Part shown: positions 1 through 47,530 of the stretch, piece after piece | Layout of the letters: each line of letters opens with the position of its first letter | How positions within the stretch are numbered: the stretch's first letter is position 1 | Assembly (NCBI GenBank): GCA_951406725.2 | Contig: OX597816.1 | Span: 30,008,001-30,072,000 of the forward strand | DNA: 64,000 bases | Reading direction: 5' to 3' | From: Octopus vulgaris | Lineage: Eukaryota | Position numbers and translations under genes: made by a program | Notes under the pieces: model-generated | What the model saw: only the letters and a program-made list of their open reading frames with translations | Database searches by the model: none | What the model was told of the DNA's origin: nothing

Positions 1-1459
1 GCCGATAGAATAAGTACCTGGGGTTGATTTGCTCGACTAAAGGCGGTGCTCCGGCATGGCCACAGTCAAATGACTGAAACAAATAAAAGAGTAAAAGAGT
101 AAATATATATGTGTGTGTGTCTTTGCACAAATTTTCACAACCCATGCTGATGCACCACCCCTATTTTCCAATGCCCCATTGATGGGGCATACACCCCACG
201 TTGGGAAACACTGGTCTAAAATATAATATGCTCACAAAATTACATGAAATAAAATAATTTTGTTTGTTTTTATTAACATCTATTATTAATTTATTGTGTG
301 CTATGTTACATAATTAAACAATATGTTGTAATCACACAAAAACTTTCAAATTACAGTTGGTCCCTTTTTTTCATAATTCCTTTTTTGGAACTGGATCTTA
401 AGTCCCTTGGCAGCCTTTGACATTTTCAATCAAAAAATGGGTTTTCAACCCATTGTTTATATGCTATTATTTATAGCTTTACAAGCTCTTTGAGATCCAG
501 TTCCAAAAAGGGATTATCTAATGTTCTCTTGAAAGTTTATAAATTCTTATGATATCAACAACACACTCTTCTCTCTGATAAAAATAAAGTTTCTTAAATG
601 GATAGAGAATTTCAAAGGACTGCTTTGATCCAATGCTGGAAAACATGTTATGTCTACAAGCGATGTAGATTTAAGTTCTATGGATAGCCTTTGACCTTTT
701 TCTATTCAAAAAGGGTTTTGAGGCTCAATATTTATATACTCTCTCTTTTACTCTTTTACTTGTTTCACTCCTTTGACTTTGGCCATGCTGGAGCACCGCC
801 TTTAGTTGAGCAAATCGACCCCAGGACTTATTCTTTGTAAGCCCAGTACTTATTCTATCGGTCTCTTTTGCCGAACTGCTAAGTGACGGGGACATAAACA
901 CACCAGCATCGGTTGTCAAGCAATGCAAGGGGGACAAACACAGACAAACACATAAACACACACACATATATATATATACATATATACGATGGGCTTCTTT
1001 CAATTTCCGTCTACCAAATCCACTCACAAGTCATTGGTCGGCCCGGGGCTATAGCAGAAGACACTTGCCCAAGATGCCACGCAGTGGGACTGAACCCGGA
1101 ACCATGTGGTTGTTTAGCAAGCTACTTACCACACAGCCACTCCTGCGCCTATGCTATCGTTTTGTAGCTTTTTTTTTTTTTATTAAGGTGGCAAGCTGGC
1201 AGAATTGTTAGTATGGTGGGCAAAATACTTGGCAGCACTTTGTCCAGCTTCTTGTTCTGAGTTCAAATTTTGCTGATGTTGACCTTGCTTTTCATCCTTT
1301 CGGGGATTGATAAAATAAGTACCAGTTGAGTACTGGGGTTGGATATAATCAACTTACCCCCTTCCTCAAAATTGCTGACCTTACACCAAAATTTTGAAAC
1401 CATTATTTGTAGTTTTATATGTACTTCAAGATCCGGTTTCAAACAAGAATTATTTCACA

Positions 1460-1955
1460 CTAGCAGTATTGACCAGCTTTGCAAAATGGTCACATTTAAT
1501 TCAAAGCGTTAAAAATGTTATGAAAACAATTGGTATGTGTTCACAAAGTCCAAACAATTAATACGAAAAAACCCTCCAGGCTACATCCCGAAAATTCATT
1601 TCTTTGCCGAATTTCTACAATGTTTACGGCGATTCGTTTTTATATCTTGATTTTTATTTTTCATGCAATTTACGCATGCTTGCACGCATGGTGAACACAG
1701 TTCACATCAAACAGCTGACTGAGTAAAGTTCACTATTCAATGCATGCGATAAGGCCTAAAGAAACACATTATTGATTTTTGCCCTTGCGAGATGAATTTT
1801 GAAACAGAAATAGCGCAGTTCGATTTTCATTCGCCTAAATTTTAAGTGACCTATTTTTGGTGGTTCTACGATTTATTGGCTAGGAGGAGATGTGCCGGGA
1901 AGTTAAACACACAGATACACACACATACAAACAAATTGAGTTTTATATATATAGA
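1460..1955 (-). mobile_element. Non-autonomous Helitron
   Basis: Minus strand A|TCTATATATATAAAA ... CTAG|T; no TSD. Confidence 0.65.
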
Positions 1956-3909
1956 TTTGCACAAAACTTTATAAATTCTTACATCAACTACTATCTTTTA
2001 TAATCTGAAGAAGTTTCTTTCATGTCTAAAGCTTTTGTTACATCTCAATTGACTGTCAGCACCCACTACATGGACAGCCGGGTAGGCTGTAGCTGGAGGT
2101 GTACAGGCATACCCTAAGACTGCAACATCTCCAGCAATTCTTCAATGTTGAACAGGTGTGGCTGTCATTTATCACATGTGATTTGCCACTGCTCATCCCT
2201 TTGACAGCTTGATATGTTTCAAGACCCACTGTTCCAAAAGAAATTTATTTCATGCTCTCTTTAGAAAGTTTATAAAATTCTTATGATGTCAACTGTCTGT
2301 CTGTCTTTATATTTGAATATGCTTGTGTGTGAGCATGTGTATGCTTGTGCTTCTAATGAGTGTATGCATATGTAAGTGTGTGTGAATGGGTGTATAAACC
2401 TGCCATTCTGTCACCAGCATTTTATTAACATATAACTAAAATCATAATATATATATATTTAGCAATCACGAATATATTGACCATGGTAGCATTTGTGAGA
2501 ATAAAATTTCAGATGATCTCAGTAATCAAAATCTACCATGCCATTTGGCAGGCAGTTTTTATATGCCTGGTGTGGTGGCCCTAGTGAAAGAGGTTGTAGG
2601 GTGGACAAGATTAGAAGGGGCTGAAGACAAATACCTTCCTCTTTGGCCAATCTCTCATCAACTTCTTCAAGTTTCACTTGCCGAGAAAAATTAAGGTGGA
2701 GAGAGAAGGGTTGCCTTCTAGCCATTTTGTTGAAAGGTGGATGAGAGTGGTGAGCATGATGTGAGTGAATGGCCTGCCCTGAGCATGTGCCTGTAAACTG
2801 GAGATATGGAATTGAAAAGAGGCACATGCCCCAGAAGTTAGGGCAGCTGTGGTTTTATGAGGTTTTTCTATAAGCATCCCTCGAATGTCTCCTACCTGTT
2901 GATGATTACACATTGTTAAAATGTTATTGCTTTGTTTTTTTTTCATTAAACTCTCACAACATACACTCACACACATTCAGTTGTGGAACACATGGACTAA
3001 TGGTTAGAGCAGCGGACTCGCGATCAAGGAATCGCGGGTTCGAATCTCAGACCAGGCGATGTGTGTGTTTATGAGTGAAAACACCTAAGCTGCACGCGGC
3101 TCCGGCAGAAGGTAATGGCGAACTTCTGCTGACTCTTTCGCCACAACTTTCTCTCACTCTTTCCTCCTGCATCTTGCAGCTCACTTGCGATGGACCGGCG
3201 TCCCGTCCAGGTGGGGAACCTATACGCCAAGAAACCGGGAAACTGGCCCTTATGAGCCAGGCATGGCTCGAGAAGGAACAAACAACACACATTCAATGTT
3301 TTGTCCTATGCCATCCATAATGCTTTTCTTGATGTGAACCCTTTGTGGTCAATAAAGAATTGATTATTATTATCATTATTATTATTATTGAGTGAGAGAG
3401 CAGTTCATGCCATCAAACTGACACTGGGGTAAAATATACGAAGCCCCGTATACCCATCATAACTACCCGTCTGATAAGGGTAAACCAGGCACATGCATCA
3501 CAACCATATGTGCGCGACATGGTAATCTCATATCAAGATAAACAGCAGGTGGGGCCCAGTTAGAATTTTGTTCTGGTCGAGTAGCCCATCCCGCTCAAAA
3601 GGTCCCTGAATAAGGGTTGTTTAAGGATGTTGAACGAACCACCCATGTTTCCAGGGGTGAATTATTCAAACCCCAAAGAATCCCTCTCAACACATGGCTA
3701 TGATGCTCCTCCACTACTTCTGCTCGTGATCAGAGATGCACATATCGTCAGCCACTAAGGGACATGCTCAACTGGTTAAGGTCAAACAACTGACAAGCAA
3801 ATCTGTGGTATTAAGCAGAATATTTGCTGTAGCCCATCTTTTATACCAAGACAAAACAACGTACATGATAACACTTCCAATCAGTTATTATTATTATTAT
3901 TATTAACAG

Positions 3910-39319
<35,410 letters not shown>

Positions 39320-39394
39320 AATCTAATTTATTAGATTTTAATCTATTATTTATATATTTATTTGTTTCTATTTTATACACTTTTCTTTTCTATC

Positions 39395-39400
39395 AATAAA
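39395..39400 (+). terminator. Candidate KATNAL2 polyadenylation signal
   Basis: AATAAA 76 nt after the stop codon, with TG-rich sequence downstream. Confidence 0.55.
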
Positions 39401-39639
39401 ATGTTTAAAAAGCTGTGTGAAGAAATTTGCATTATTAAGTAGATATATGTATGTATGCATGAATGTATGTATGTATGTATGTATGTATGTATGTATGTAT
39501 GTATGTATGTATGTATGTATGTATGTGTTTGTGGTCTATGTAGTTGGGGAGCAAAATTCATACCACACTGCCATGCCTGGGCATATGTATGTTTGGTTCT
39601 AGGTTCAATCCCACTGCATGACACTTTTGGCAAGTGTCT

Positions 39640-40800
39640 TCACCCCTCCCTTTTCCCTTAATATAAAAACTAATATTGGTAAAAGATTCCGGTCTCTTCT
39701 AGACAAACATTTTCCAAGTACTCACAGATACAGGAAAATATTTAATAAGTGTTCTGTGAAACTATCCTATAGCTGCTGCCCCAATATGAAGAGAATCATT
39801 ACACACTGTCAATATCAAGAGCCTCAGTCCAGTTGAAACTATCGTGATCAAGGATCCTGTCCATTGACCAATGATGTATGATTAAATCTATAATATATGA
39901 AGTTATTACGGAGATGTACTTGCATAGCGAGTGACTTGATCTGAGATCGTGTGTTGGAACGAAAACAATTGCAGCATGGAAGGTGTTTATAAGCCATTTA
40001 AGAAACACACAAAACTGTTAGATTCACTTCAACATTTAAATTTAATTTGTCAAATTATTTTCGTCGCTTTGAGACCGCGACCTGTTCACTGACAAAGCTT
40101 TGTACTGCATCTGTGTATGAAGTTATTTCAATCCTAAAAAATATTAATACAACTGATAAGAAGACCTATATTGGATTATGTGAAGGAGAATTTAAAAATC
40201 GCCATGTCAATCACATAGCCTCCTTCTGGCATAGGGACAAAAGTAAAGCTACTACATTGGCTAGCTACTTATGGCGTTTGAAAGATAACAAAACAGCGCA
40301 TGGAAAGTAATTGGAAATCCATACTGTATGTGAATGGATTGAACAAATGTAGGCTTTACTTGGCTGAAAGAGCACAGATCCTGTTCAGATCTAAGACAAC
40401 TAACTTTCTATCGAACTCCAGGTCAGAAATCTTCAGTGGTCGCATGCATATTTATAAATATATTTTCAAGAATTGGAAAATTTCGCCTATTCCTGACTGG
40501 CTTGATATCTTTCCAGCCTTATCATTTGTCTAAGGAAGATAGCTCTTTTACCTTATTCAGTTTTGTTTTTTTTACATTTTAGTTTTGGGTTTTACTTTTT
40601 ACGTTTTCCATTGTTTACTTTCTGCGTTTTCTATATGCTGCCTCTTCAGTTTTTTTTCGCATTTCTTCTATTATTCAATTTTTTTTTCTTTAGTTGGTTA
40701 TTATATGTGGTTTGTGCCTGAAGAATATGTTTGAATTTTCCCATCATATGAAATTATTGGTAGCACTTTTAATACATGTATTGGGAGAAGTGTTGCATCA
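39640..40800 (+). mobile_element. Penelope-like element 3' half (linker, GIY-YIG, pLTR), decayed
   Basis: PPFSLNIKTNIGKRF...VKLSYSCCPNM; VYEVIS...YIGLCEGEFKNRHVNHIASF; CRLYLAE; HHR at 40714. Confidence 0.8.
40714..40766 (+). ncRNA. Minimal type-I hammerhead ribozyme in the 3' pseudo-LTR of a Penelope-like element
   Basis: gtgc CTGAAGA atatg..catat GAAA ttattgg TA gcac; lies downstream of GIY-YIG coding remnants. Confidence 0.75.
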
Positions 40801-41915
40801 CTGTCATAACTACCACATGCTAGTATGGGACAACATTTTAGAGTCATCATCATCACCACCATCATCATCATCATTGTTTAACATCCGCTTTCCATGCTAG
40901 CATGGGTTGGACGATTTTGACTGAGGGCTGGCGAGCCAGATGGCTGCACCAGGCTCCAATCTTGATCTGGCAGAGTTTCTACAGCTGGATGCCCTTCCTA
41001 AAACCAACCACTCCGAGAGTATAGTGGGTGCTTCTTACATGCCACTGGCACGGGGTCCAGTCAGGCGGTACTGGCAATGACCTCGCTCGAATCTTTTTAC
41101 ACATGCCACTGGTACAGGTGCCAGTGAAGCGACGTTGGTAACGATCACGCTTGGATGGTGCCCTTGTACATGCCATGGGTACGGAAGACAGTTGGCTGCT
41201 CTGGCAATGATCATGCTTGGATGGTGCTCTTGGCACCCTACTAGCATAGGCATAAGTGCCAGTAAGGCGACGCTGGTAATGATCATACTCAAGTAGCTGC
41301 TCTATCAACGATCACACTCGTATAGTGCTCTTCGCGCCCCGCTAGCACAGATGCCAAAGTAAGAAATACGTCAATTAGAATGATATTGCTGTTGCTGCTG
41401 CTCTTATTTAGACCATGATCTTTATTGATAATAGAGTTTTATAATCAAACATATTCCTTCTGTGACCATTACATATTTTAGAATACTTAAAGCCACATAA
41501 AGGCGACGAGCTGGCAGAATAGTTAGCATGCAGGGCAAAATAATTAGCAGCATTTCGCCTGTCTTCACATTCTGAGTTCAAATTCCACTGATGTTGACTT
41601 TGCCCTTCATCCTTTCAGGGTTGATAAAATAAGTATCAGTTAAAAACTGGGGTTGATGTAATTGACTTACCCACTCCCTGGAAATTGCTGGCTTTTTGCT
41701 GAAATTTGAAATCAATATTTAATGCCATATATGTCATTCTTTTCTGGGACAACAATCTTTTTTTATCTTACCAGTTTCAGTCATTATACTGTGGCCATGT
41801 TGAATCACTGTCCTGAAGTGTCTGGAGAATAAATTAACCCCAGCACTTATTTCTTAAATCTATTAGTCCCTTTCACCAAATTACTTAGTAAGAAAATGTG
41901 GTATCAAGGAGATTT

Positions 41916-42149
41916 TAAGGTGGCGAGCTGGCAGAAATGTTAGCACGCCGGGCGAAATGCGTAGCCGTATTTCGTCTGCCGTTACGTTCTGAGTTCAAAT
42001 TCCGCCGAGGTCGACTTTGCCTCTCATCCTTTCGGGGTCGATAAATTAAGTACTAGTTACGCATTGGGGTCGATGTAATCGACTTAATCCGTTTGTCTGT
42101 CCTTGTTTGTCCTCTCTGTGTTTAGCCCCTTGTGGGTAGTAAAGAAATA
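41916..42149 (+). mobile_element. tRNA-derived SINE family B, representative copy (others at about 1186, 13909, 17685, 26437, 29427-, 38315, 41501, 44199, 46019-, 47530-, 61216)
   Basis: GAGTTCAAATTCC B box; 16-bp TSD GGTATCAAGGAGATTT. The copy at 17685 has a 15-bp TSD. Confidence 0.85.
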
Positions 42150-43626
42150 GGTATCAAGGAGATTTGGCTGCTATTGCTAGTAAAAAAAAAATATAAGATT
42201 ATAATGTGATAACTGTATGTGTTATACATGCACGGGTGTACACACACATATGCACGCACATGCTCATCTTTTTACATATTTGTTTCATGATATTCCTTGT
42301 GTGAAACTAGTGTGGTGTACTATACATCCTTACACCCACTCATACATTCTTTTCCTTGCATCAGCATGCACCTTCAGTTACACTTCACATACACATAGAT
42401 CCTCATACTAGTACACACACATATCACTTGTTAGTCAGATATATATTGTGGAGCATTATATTACGCTGCATTGCTCAATTTGTAATGTCTGCCTATAAAA
42501 TAATAACACAAATAAAAATAAAGTTACTAAGTATAATAAAAAGTAAAAGAAATCATTATTATTATTGGCTCCGAAAACATACCTGTGTTTATTTATTTTG
42601 TTCCAGTGCAGGTCCATATTTATAGTATTATCAAATGAAAATTTCTTTGGACGAAATGGATTATAATTACCTGAGGAAAGCCTACCCTCAATAAACGGAG
42701 TTAACAAAAAGCAGGATTGTTTTTACAGATGTTTGCTTATTTATTCACCTTATTTATTTACATGCATGATATTTTTCACTTTTAATATGTCCACTAAACA
42801 CAAATACAGTACATGGCCCAAAATATTACTACAACAGATTGAGCAGGGGAAAAGCAATGCTAAAATAAAATACGCAACTGGAAGGACAAAGAGAAGAATA
42901 TGAACTTTTAAAAGCGTAAAGGAGTGGCTATGTGGTAAGTAGCTTGCTAACCAACCACATGGTTCCGGGTTCAGTCCCACTGCGTGGCATCTTGGGAAAG
43001 TGTCTTCTGCTATGGCCCCGGGCCGACCAATGCCTTGTGAGTGGATTTGGTTGACGGAAACTGAAAGAAGCCTGTCGTATATATATATATATGTGTGTGT
43101 GTTTGTCCCCCTAGCATTGTCTGACAACCGATGCTGGTGTGTTTACGACCCCATCACAAGAGACCGATAGAATAAGTACTGGGCTTACAAAGACTAAAGG
43201 CGGTGCTCCAGCATGGCCGCAGTCAAATGACTGAAACAAGTAAAAGAGAATATATGAAAAATATTCCAAATAGTCTAACATGTCGTTTTAAAGATATTGA
43301 TAGTAACAACAGCAGTGGCAACACCGAGTCCAAGTTTCGAAACTGGTCATATGGTAATTTTGTCACATTTTAGATCAAACAGAAAAAAAAATTTTGTTTA
43401 TTTAATACAGATCCAAAATAAAAGTAGATGGAAAAATTTAAAGACTAAAACAGTATTTCTTTGTGACGTACATTTGCCATTTAAATATGGCTAACCCCTA
43501 AGGGTGGATGCTACTGTAGTTTGTAGCCCCAGGAGGACACCTCCTCCAGTTGGCTATAGACACACTTTCTGTGCCCTATCAGTGTTTGCAAAGGGAAGCC
43601 ATTCTTCCTGTCTTCAACTTATGATA

Positions 43627-43671
43627 CACACGAACTCGAGTTTCTGGGTATTGACCCGTCATCGGCGTGTG
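43627..43671 (-). ncRNA. Variant-core hammerhead (CCGAUGA) in the left arm of the fold-back element
   Basis: Minus strand reads cacacg CCGATGA cgggt caat accca GAAA ctcgag TT cgtgtg. Confidence 0.65.
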
Positions 43672-43757
43672 ACAATCACAGTTGTTGATGAGAAGTAGGT
43701 GGAAAAAGTATAAGTGTTTGTGAAGGGAACCTACTTCTCATCGACAACTGTGATTGT

Positions 43758-43802
43758 CACACGCCAGTGACGGGTCAATACCCAGAAACTCGAGTCCGTG
43801 TG
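43758..43802 (+). ncRNA. Mutated hammerhead in the right arm of the fold-back element
   Basis: cacacg CCAGTGA cgggt caat accca GAAA ctcgag TC cgtgtg. Confidence 0.6.
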
Positions 43803-44149
43803 TATCATAAGTTGAAGACGGGAAGAATGGCTTCCCTTTGCAAACACTGATTGGGCACAGAAAGTGTGTCTATAGCCAACTGGAGGAGGTGTCCTCCTGG
43901 GGCTACAGACTACAGTAGCATCCACCCTTAGGGGTTAGCCATATTTAAATGGCAAATGTACGTCACGATGTGTTGTAGCTACTGTTTATAACTCGCTCTG
44001 AGATTTAGTATTTCTTTGGCTCAGGATCTAATCAGAGAGAGAGAGTATAGAAAAGAATTCAGTGTCTGTACCTTATAAAAGCTGGAACTAGACTGAATTT
44101 ACTTTCTTAGACAAAAACTACAACAAACCTTGTGCCAAAACTAGAAAGA

Positions 44150-44193
<44 letters not shown>

Positions 44194-44411
44194 CATTAAG
44201 GCCGCTATTTGGCAGGATCATTAGTACGCCGAGCAAATTGCTTAGTGGCATTTCGTCTGTGTTTACGGTCTGAATTCAAATTCCTCCGAGTTCGACTTTG
44301 CCTTTCATCCTTTTGAGATCGATAAATTAAGTACCAGTGGCGTACTGGTTTCGATCTAATCAACTGGTCCCCTCCCCACAAATTTCAGGCCTTGTGCCTA
44401 TAGTAGAAAGG

Positions 44412-44473
<62 letters not shown>

Positions 44474-44475
<2 letters not shown>

Positions 44476-44797
44476 TATGTTTGACTTTTGCTTTACATTT
44501 GTACAAGTTGGCTCCAAGTCTCACCCAGATACCTCAAGAGACAACAGGTTGGAAGTTCATGTTGTTGTTATGCCTAGTGTGCCATATATTTGGTTTTATA
44601 TTTAGTGTTGTACTAGTGAATGCCTAAAAAAAAGCATACGAAAATTACGTTTGTTTTAAAACTTGAGATTACATCGAAAGTATTTTGCGTAGGATATGAG
44701 CAGTTCCCATGAGCACTATCTTTTGAATTTCTGCCATTTTGGGGTTTCCTGGTATCTGAGTTAGGTAGCAACCAGCCCCTTTTGCTATCATTCCCAG
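44474..44797 (-). mobile_element. R4/Dong-like LINE 3' end in (TAA)n, second copy
   Basis: Near-identical to 37531-37860; (TTA)n flanks. Confidence 0.7.
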
Positions 44798-47404
44798 GTC
44801 TTGACAGATATATTATTATCATTATTATTATTATTATTATTATTATTTGCTAGAGCATCTGATAAAATGTCATGTGGTATTTAGTGATGGGACTTCATAA
44901 TGTGGGTTCAAATCCTAAAAAAAAAAATAGTAAAAAGGTTTGTATAATCTCAAAAGCAAAACTGTTACCTCGTTGAATTATAAGCTCAAAATCTAATAAA
45001 ACACAATAAAACTTTAAGAGTTATAAAAAACTTAACTAAAATTGTGAATGGCTTAATTCACGGAATATCGATGGAGTTTAGTGCTAAATTACTATGTTGG
45101 CTAAAATTCTCACTTTAAACTTTTAATGGATGATTAATTGGCTCATTTAGTTTTAGATTATACTTTTATTACTTTGAATATTTCATTTAACTTAATTGGA
45201 TATTCCCCATTATTTTACCGTACGCATTGCTATAAAACGAAATAATTTCTCTTATTTTAAACGATATTATTTTTTCAGATTGAACTATACTATGAGAACT
45301 GTACAGATTTATTTTTAAAATAACCGCTACGTATGAGATAAAACCGAGTAATTTCTGTTACATATTTCATTTCATTGAAGGCCTGAAATTTGAGGGAGAA
45401 GGACAGTTGATTGATTATATCAACCCTAGTACTCAAATAGTGCTTATTTTATCGACCCCGAAAAGAAAGCAAAGTGGACTTCGGTGAATTTCGATCTTAT
45501 AATCTGAAGACTGACGAGGCTGGTCGTTAAATAATACAACTGAAAATTCTTCCATTTCCATAGAACATAAATTTTAAAAATATCGCCAGGGAATAGTCGA
45601 TAAGCAAATTATTGTTGAGATTAAACCCAGTTCACAATCATAACTGCGAGTTAATTAATTTCCTGTACCCTCTTGAAAAATCTTAAGTGGTTCGTTTTAT
45701 TTTACATAAAAAATTATAATTGAATTAAACAGTCTTGTGGATACTACAGTACAACGCAGGTCCGATCAATGCACTTTTATTATAATTATCGTCCACTTTA
45801 AGTCTTTAATACAGGAATGTGAATATGCTCTTGACTATATCTTTTAATGGAAAACATACTTTCTGTTACAACAAATGCACTATTTGCTAAGGGGAAAATA
45901 AAAAAAAGTTTCATACCACTAGAGTCGTGGCTCTCCACAAAATTAAAGTGTCTATCTTACATTATATCAGACATTTATTTTTCAGTGTTAGTGCTATGTT
46001 AGACATAGCACTAACACTCGGAATTTGAACTCAGAACGTAGCGGCAGACGAAATACCTATTTCTTTACTACCCACAAGGGGCTAAACACAGAGCGGACAA
46101 ATAAGGACAGACAAACGGATTAAGTCGATTATATCGACCCAGTGCGTAAATGGTACTTAATTTATCGACCCCAAAAGGATGAAAGGCAAAGTCGACCTCG
46201 GCGAAATTTGAACTCAGAACATAACGGCAGATGAAATACTTATTTCTTTACTGCCCACAAGGGGCTAAACATAGAGGGGATTAACAAGTACAGACAAAGG
46301 TATTAAGTCGATTACATCGACCCCAATGCGTAACTGGTACTCAATTTATCGACCCCGAAAGGATGAAAGGCAAAGTCGACCTCCGTGAAATTTGAACTCA
46401 AAATGAAACGGCAGACGAAATACCGCTAAGTATTTCGCCCGACGTGCTAACGATTCTGCCAGCTCGCCGCCTTTAACATCCTGTAATCTCATAGCCACAA
46501 AGAGTGAAAAACTTTGCAATTGTAATGAGTAATGAGGTATAATGCCATATGTATAAAACTAAAATCGTAAAAATGTGCAGATGACATCCAGAGTGGTTCT
46601 TGGAAACAGTTAGCATAACTGAAAAATATATCATACTGATTCTGGGAAGATTCTTCGTTTAAGTTACCTGGATTTAGTACTCTCACCTATAATCACTTCA
46701 TACAATCAAGCTTACAGTAGAAATGAAAGCAGTCCAGAGATCTTACACATAAACTAAGTAAGGATTGCCATTGTGCTTCAGCTAAACTGAAAAGGTTTAC
46801 TCAACTTGCAAGCATGGCCAAAGTTCAGTAGCATAACTAGGGGCATGGGGTAGGCCCACTTCGAGTGATGATTTTATGGGGGTGTCACTTTTGGTTTGAC
46901 GTATATGCCTGTGTGAAAGGTGGGGTTGGCGGGAAGTAAACACAAGGGCTGTCTGAGTGACACAAACTCTTGTTATACTACTGCTTAAGTTTTCTTTTTG
47001 CGGAAGACAGCGTTTGCACATACAAGCAACTTACCTCTCTACCCGCCAACAATGGTGTTCCAAGGATAATTTAAAGGTCGGCACACCTCTTAGGTCTCAG
47101 GGCTTGACCTTAAAACCTGGAGAGCAGGAGCAGATACATTTTTCCAATGCTCTAATAGTTTCACTAACCTACCACTCTGGACTGGTACATTTTTTATCAA
47201 CCACTGAAAGGATGAGTAGAAGAATGTGACCTAGTGCTTAAGGTGCGGCACTCACGATCACAAGGTCACGGTTTCAATTTTCGGCCGGGACGGTGCACTG
47301 TGCTCCTGAGCAAAACACTTCATCTAAATTTGTTCCAGTACTTTAAGATGTAGATTAATAACCCTGCTACGGACTAATCTTTCGTTCAAGGAAAACACTG
47401 CGAT

Positions 47405-47530
47405 TTCGGTTGCTTATATGCCATACAACCTGGGTAACCGGCTCAATGAGTTTTAGGACCTATTTTTTCGGTCACTTATACGCCATACAACCTGGGTAAC
47501 CGGCTCAATGAGTTTTAGGACCTATTTTTT
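47405..47530 (+). repeat. ~62-bp tandem duplication
   Basis: GCCATACAACCTGGGTAACCGGCTCAATGAGTTTTAGGACCTATTTTTT occurs twice. Confidence 0.85.

Larger units (their letters stand above)
43463..44006. mobile_element. Non-coding fold-back insertion (238-bp inverted arms, 28-nt spacer), PLE pseudo-LTR-like
   Basis: Arms at 43463-43700 and 43729-43966; direct repeat AGTATTTCTTT at 43452 and 44007 (TSD); an HHR motif in each arm. Confidence 0.75.

Noticed and set aside
2982-3060. tRNA-like sequence (also at 8790, 10205 and 18700)
   Set aside because: SINE heads with no acceptor stem, continuing into SINE bodies.
43504-43925. Twin 64-aa ORFs MDATVVCSPRR on opposite strands
   Set aside because: A consequence of the inverted repeat; GTG start and no recognisable domain.
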